Shown: positions 4,260-7,719 of the stretch, in pieces
How the letters are laid out: each line of letters starts with the position of its first letter
Numbering within the stretch: the stretch's first letter is position 1
Virus record (IMG/VR): IMGVR_UViG_3300010313_000001
Origin: a virus
DNA length: 7,719 nucleotides
Reading direction: 5' to 3' (one strand)
Notes under the pieces: model-generated
The model's input: only the letters and a program-made list of their open reading frames with translations
What the model was told of the DNA's origin: nothing
Database searches by the model: none
Translations under genes and position numbers: made by a program

Positions 4260-4294
4260 CTAGAAATTGCCCGCGTAGATCTAGGAACGCATTT

Positions 4295-4402
4295 TTAAAG
4301 GACGCCTACTTCGTTGGCCAGCTCGGCAAGCAGGCTGAAGTTGTAACCACAGCCGAAAATGATCAGGGCCGCAACGAGCGCTACAAAGCAGAAATCACGC
4401 AT
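4295..4402 (-). CDS. 35-aa putative lipoprotein or small membrane peptide downstream of zot
   Basis: ATG 4402 has GAGG 8 nt upstream, overlapping the zot stop. The protein is MRDFCFVALVAALIIFGCGYNFSLLAELANEVGVL. IIFGC fits the lipobox pattern, which would leave an 18-aa mature peptide. The 108-aa ORF-track version begins inside zot and is unlikely. Confidence 0.5.
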   Translation of the reverse strand: MRDFCFVALVAALIIFGCGYNFSLLAELANEVGVL

Positions 4403-4412
4403 GGGAATGGCC

Positions 4413-5711
4413 TCAGAGATTGGTTCGTGGCTGGCGGCTGCTGTCAGGGATGACAGTAACCCGAACCTGGCCGGGCTGCGAATTCGCCTGGGCGCCTGCT
4501 GGGGCTTCGCCTCCAGCCGCGCCCAGAGCGTTTGTCGTGTGGCGGTCAACACGGCCATAAACGTCGATTGGCCAGGCGCGCGCGACATGAGCAACACCTT
4601 GCTTTTCGAGCAAAAGACCATAGCCGGTAACGGTCACTGTCCAGCCTAGAGCCTGTATCTCGTGCACGTCGAAGAGTTCCTTGACGTGGTAGGTGCCATC
4701 GAGCAGCTCGATACGACCCATGATCTCCCTGCCCTGTTTCTTGCTGGTGATGATCGCCGGAGCACGCACCTGATACTGCTGGGCAAGGCGGTCGAAGTAA
4801 TCGATGGCGACGACCTCGGGTTCGGCCTGCTGTTCAGGCTCCTGCGAGGGCTGTGAGACGTGAAAGCCTGGCGGCAACGGGTTAGCCAGGTTGGAAGCGA
4901 CAACGGGCTCAGGAAGAGGCTCAGGGGCCGGCACAGGGGCGCGCTCGACCTTGACGGTCGTTGGCGCAGACTTTGGCTCAGGATGAAAGAAATTCCAGAG
5001 GTGCACCACGGCGAAGATAGCGGCGCCGAAAGCCAGCGGCACACCAAACATCAGGCCGGAGGAATTCTTGAGCATATTGGTGCGCTTGGTCGTGTAGACC
5101 TTGGCCCGCATGCCCTCACGCCGGTGAGACATATACGTGCCGAAGTAAGTTTTGTCGTACTGGCGAGTACCGCTGCCAGTCTTTTCAAACTTGCCGAAGC
5201 GCTGTTTCTGGTAAATCTCCCATTTGTAATAGTCAGGGCGGCCAATGGCCTCTTGTTTAAGGAAATAGATAACGGTGCGTATACGGTTACGGATGATCTT
5301 GTGAACGTCACTGCGATCCTGCCCCATGATGATGATATCTAGGCCACGATGACGGTGTTCAGTCCAAAACTTTTGTTGATTGAGTGGCAACTTGTAATTG
5401 CCGCTCGGGAAGTAGTCTTGAATTTCGTCCCATACGATAAGCGCGTTATCAGGCGTCTTATCGCACATTTCATTGATGCAGCGCTGTACTTCGCCGTCGG
5501 CACTGTCCTGTTCGGCTGGGTCAACATTAATTAGCAGCAACTGAATCATTGCGAGAGGCTCGCCGGTTAGCTCAGCAACCTTTTCGTAGTTCATTCCACG
5601 GATGTTTGTAACAACCGAGCGACGCTCTTTCAATGCAGGAATGATATGGAAGACGACAGCCTCATATGACTTGCCAGCACCTGGCAAACCTTCATGGTAT
5701 TCAATAGCCAT
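4413..5711 (-). CDS. zot: Zot / pI-type phage assembly ATPase, 432 aa
   Basis: The N-terminal Walker A is GLPGAGKS (aa 8-15) and the Walker B-like motif is LIVWDEIQ. A single TM segment is GLMFGVPLAFGAAIFAVVHLWNFF (aa about 219-242), followed by a Pro-rich linker and a periplasmic C-terminal domain. It sits after the pVI-like gene. Confidence 0.9.
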   Translation of the reverse strand: MAIEYHEGLPGAGKSYEAVVFHIIPALKERRSVVTNIRGMNYEKVAELTGEPLAMIQLLLINVDPAEQDSADGEVQRCINEMCDKTPDNALIVWDEIQDYFPSGNYKLPLNQQKFWTEHRHRGLDIIIMGQDRSDVHKIIRNRIRTVIYFLKQEAIGRPDYYKWEIYQKQRFGKFEKTGSGTRQYDKTYFGTYMSHRREGMRAKVYTTKRTNMLKNSSGLMFGVPLAFGAAIFAVVHLWNFFHPEPKSAPTTVKVERAPVPAPEPLPEPVVASNLANPLPPGFHVSQPSQEPEQQAEPEVVAIDYFDRLAQQYQVRAPAIITSKKQGREIMGRIELLDGTYHVKELFDVHEIQALGWTVTVTGYGLLLEKQGVAHVARAWPIDVYGRVDRHTTNALGAAGGEAPAGAQANSQPGQVRVTVIPDSSRQPRTNL

Positions 5712-5714
5712 AAA

Positions 5715-6017
5715 TCACCAGATACCCAAAGTAAGAACTTTGCGAGTTATGCGAAAGATAACAGCAGTGATGAGCAACGCAATAGCATGATTAACACCGG
5801 CTTGAGCAAGGAAGTAACCAATAGTCGGCATGACCGGTGCGAGAACATCAGAGAGCTTTGCAGTTTGAAGAAACTCAGGCACCGGCAATTCTTGAAGAAT
5901 GTCAGCGACAGCATCAAGAAAGCCTTTCAAGGCCTGAACAGGCATATCGTCAAGATACGCCATGAAGTCATCCCATCGAGCACGATAGAAATCCAGTGTT
6001 AACCATTTAGGCCACAT
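5715..6017 (-). CDS. pVI-like minor coat / membrane protein, 100 aa
   Basis: GAGGTG lies 4 nt upstream of ATG 6017. Hydrophobic segments are VMPTIGYFLAQAGV and AIALLITAVIF. The conserved position between the adsorption protein and pI supports the call. Confidence 0.7.
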   Translation of the reverse strand: MWPKWLTLDFYRARWDDFMAYLDDMPVQALKGFLDAVADILQELPVPEFLQTAKLSDVLAPVMPTIGYFLAQAGVNHAIALLITAVIFRITRKVLTLGIW

Positions 6018-6025
6018 ATATCACC

Positions 6026-7387
6026 TCACAAGAATGCGATACGAAAAGACATAATCGCGGCAACGCCGAGAATTATGGCTGCTATGAAATTCCAAGGAAT
6101 TTGATTGCCGCACCACTGGTCAAGTTGAATAGTGAAAACCCAAGCATTGATTGTTTCGCCTGGGCACGAGCCGCTTGGGTTGAAAGTTAGGAAACTGGTA
6201 ATGCCGGTGACAACTGGCAACGCCGCAACCCTGTAGCGGAAATCGCCGAGAACGGATGCATATGTGTCATCTTTTGACTCATACCAACCCTCGCCAGAAC
6301 CGCCCTCCTCAGCCGCACAGTCGCCCGTTATGCAATCGCCGAAGCCATCGCCGTCGCCGTCTGGATTGGTGTTCTTGTCAGGGCATGCAGGGCCAGTGCA
6401 AGAGCCTTTGATACTGTTAGTTTTGCCATTGGCGTCTTTTTCAATGACGGTTTTCGTAGTGGTGGTGGTGCTAGTGCATTGGTTAGCGCCAGTGCACTTA
6501 GTATGTGTGGCGGTATCTGTTTTCGTGGTAGTAGAACTGCCGTCTGGCTTGGTTTCGGTCTTGACCTCGGTCTTTATGTTGACGCCGTTCTTAGTAGGCT
6601 TGGAATCGACGCAGGTCTTAACGCCGTTTACCTCGCCGCAATATTGGCCTTCTTTTTGAGTAGTAAACTCAGAGTCACAGCGCAAAACACCGTCAGGACC
6701 CTCGACGTACTGACATGGTGTTTCCTCGGAAGTAGTCTCAGGCTGCGGTCGTTCTTGTTGATCCGTGAAATCGACGTTAGGGGCAGTTGTGCACTTAGAC
6801 CCAGTATAATAAGCAGTACCAGAACAGCGATAAGCACCAGAGGTTTTAATTGTGCACTTTTGATCAGTGGTAGAAGCAGCGCAACCCCCGTAGCATGCTT
6901 CGGTGTTAGGAATGCCATAACCATTAACAACGGTCACGTAGTTATCGGCAGAAGAATTAGACTTTGTGAACGGAAACGATGAACCGCCCTTGTCAGCACA
7001 AAGATCAGGCTCCGGATCAATGGGGGGTATACAAGTAGGGCGTGAAGGGTCTGAATTATTGAAAGTGTGATCAGGTGGGCACGAGTCGCCAGCACGGTAA
7101 ACATCATACCAACAGTTGTTATTAGTTGAACCACCATTGACAGAATCCCTAAGCTGACAAAATTGCCAGCGTATATCGCTCTGCCAGCGAGTAGACCCAA
7201 GCCGGTAGTTTGTATACGTAGTACTGTTAGACTGAGAATATGCCATAAAGGCATTGGCAGCATCATGAGGGCTAGAAAATTTCTGAGAGCCCAATGCAGA
7301 CATGTACCAGTAATAATCAACGGCATAAACAGGAGAAGCAAACAGAACTAAGCAAATGTAAAGCCAACGATAATTGAACACGCGCAT
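6026..7387 (-). CDS. pIII-like adsorption / minor coat protein (453 aa from ATG 7387; the ORF extends to ATG 7420)
   Basis: MRVFNYRWLYICLVLFASPVYA is a classic signal peptide. The N-terminal domains are Cys-rich. Low-complexity linkers are Thr-rich and Gly/Asp-rich (TSTTTTTKT, NPDGDGDGFGDC, EEGGSGEG). The C-terminal anchor is IPWNFIAAIILGVAAIMSFRIAFL. It sits directly after the coat gene and terminator. Confidence 0.8.
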   Translation of the reverse strand: MRVFNYRWLYICLVLFASPVYAVDYYWYMSALGSQKFSSPHDAANAFMAYSQSNSTTYTNYRLGSTRWQSDIRWQFCQLRDSVNGGSTNNNCWYDVYRAGDSCPPDHTFNNSDPSRPTCIPPIDPEPDLCADKGGSSFPFTKSNSSADNYVTVVNGYGIPNTEACYGGCAASTTDQKCTIKTSGAYRCSGTAYYTGSKCTTAPNVDFTDQQERPQPETTSEETPCQYVEGPDGVLRCDSEFTTQKEGQYCGEVNGVKTCVDSKPTKNGVNIKTEVKTETKPDGSSTTTKTDTATHTKCTGANQCTSTTTTTKTVIEKDANGKTNSIKGSCTGPACPDKNTNPDGDGDGFGDCITGDCAAEEGGSGEGWYESKDDTYASVLGDFRYRVAALPVVTGITSFLTFNPSGSCPGETINAWVFTIQLDQWCGNQIPWNFIAAIILGVAAIMSFRIAFL

Positions 7388-7438
7388 AGTGCACCCCAGA
7401 AGAAGATCATGAATTCCCAAAGCATTTGTCTATCCCTC

Positions 7439-7470
7439 AAATGAAAGAGGGCCCCCGAAGGGGCCCCCGG
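7439..7470 (-). terminator. Rho-independent terminator downstream of the coat gene
   Basis: The minus strand reads GGGCCCC-TTCG-GGGGCCC followed by TCTTTCATTT. That is a 7-bp GC stem (7449..7455 / 7460..7466), a UUCG tetraloop and a U-rich tail. It occupies the same position as the strong terminator after gene VIII in Ff phages. Confidence 0.8.
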
Positions 7471-7488
7471 GGAGGCAGCGAGAGGCTG

Positions 7489-7623
7489 TTAACGGAACCA
7501 GCCAATCACTTTGTTGTAACCCCACTTGGCAACGCCAGGCAGAATCTTGATAGCGGCGATAGCGGTGATAGCAGCGACGATAGTGGTCGCATCAACGGCG
7601 CCGGTCAGAACGGAAGCATCCAT
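7489..7623 (-). CDS. Major coat protein, 44 aa, no signal peptide (Pf3-like architecture)
   Basis: It is not in the ORF track because it is too short. Hand translation gives MDASVLTGAVDATTIVAAITAIAAIKILPGVAKWGYNKVIGWFR followed by a stop. GGAGA lies 6 nt upstream. It has an acidic N-terminus, a hydrophobic core and a basic, aromatic C-terminus. The first 9 codons are repeated at 1..27. Confidence 0.85.
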   Translation of the reverse strand: MDASVLTGAVDATTIVAAITAIAAIKILPGVAKWGYNKVIGWFR

Positions 7624-7719
7624 CGTGAATCTCCTATTTCAGTCTTCATCAAGGGTTTGTGTAGCGGCACGGCTGTTGATGAAGTTAACAACCGCACCGA
7701 GTCCCCAGCTGGTAAGCCA
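7597..7719. repeat. Terminal redundancy, copy B (identical to 1..123)
   Basis: Same comparison as copy A. The offset of 7,596 nt gives the unit length. Confidence 0.95.

Larger units (their letters stand above)
1..7596 (-). mobile_element. Complete circular filamentous-phage (inovirus-like) genome unit, 7,596 bp
   Basis: The minus-strand gene order is rep, small ORFs, ssDNA-binding protein, two small membrane ORFs, 44-aa coat, terminator, large adsorption protein, pVI-like, Zot/pI ATPase. This is the canonical inovirus layout. Bases 1..123 are identical to 7597..7719, which closes the circle. Confidence 0.85.

Noticed and set aside
4261-4294. The inverted repeat CCTAGA-N15-TCTAGG, with the central TAGATCTA palindrome, as a terminator for the zot-lipoprotein operon.
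   Set aside because: It has a 6-bp stem with a 15-nt loop and no U-tract on the transcribed strand, which is too weak to call a terminator.
4413-5132. An internal start in zot producing a pXI-like C-terminal protein (Met194, Met201, Met213 before the TM helix).
   Set aside because: None of these ATGs has a usable Shine-Dalgarno sequence at proper spacing. GAGGG lies 1 nt before Met201 and nothing precedes the others. It is possible by analogy with Ff gene I/XI but is not supported by the sequence.
5747-5755. A third TTATGCGAA (XerC-arm-like TTCGCATAA on the minus strand) inside the pVI-like gene.
   Set aside because: The adjacent sequence (CTCGCA-AAGTTCTTACT) shows no XerD-arm similarity, there is no inverted partner, and the site is in coding sequence. 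It is probably a chance 9-mer match.
4860-6982. Plus-strand ORFs antisense to zot and the pIII-like gene: 4860..5342, 5694..6002, 6264..6659 and 6479..6982.
   Set aside because: These are shadow ORFs opposite genes with clear motifs (Walker A, signal peptide, membrane anchor). They have no RBS and their composition is low-complexity or hydrophobic.

Overview
The window holds one complete, circularly closed genome unit of a filamentous phage (Ff/Pf/CTX-like inovirus). Bases 1-123 are identical to 7597-7719, so the unit is 7,596 bp. The replication and morphogenesis genes are on the minus strand, in canonical inovirus order. They run: gpII-like Rep (1132-2430), a 57-aa Cys4 zinc-ribbon ORF, a 78-aa ORF, and a small gene-V-type ssDNA-binding protein (423-707). 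Next come a 29-aa hydrophobic ORF, a 91-aa membrane ORF, and, across the circle junction, a 44-aa signal-less major coat protein (7489-7623). A UUCG-loop terminator follows, then a Cys/Thr-rich pIII-like adsorption protein (6026-7387), a pVI-like protein, a Zot/pI assembly ATPase (4413-5711) and a 35-aa putative lipoprotein. The plus strand carries the accessory and regulatory module. It has an XRE-family repressor divergent from rep, with a strong sigma70-like rep promoter and two operator-like repeats between them. A small AT-rich ORF follows the repressor, and further on sits a 186-aa basic-region/coiled-coil protein. No integrase and no pIV secretin gene are present. Two observations stand out. 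(a) The coiled-coil protein has an AT-hook core and a bZIP-like N-x7-R basic motif. It sits among three exact copies of the palindrome GTTACGTAAC plus iterons and half-sites. (b) Two inverted dif-like sites at about 4164-4260 could fold in ssDNA into a CTXphi-style forked-hairpin attP for XerCD-mediated integration. A sharp GC drop (about 60% to about 45%) covers the adsorption module and ends inside zot, which suggests a mosaic origin. The host cannot be determined from the sequence. Composition and the Pf3-like coat suggest a fairly high-GC proteobacterium. All family assignments come from motifs and synteny read by eye, not from searches.
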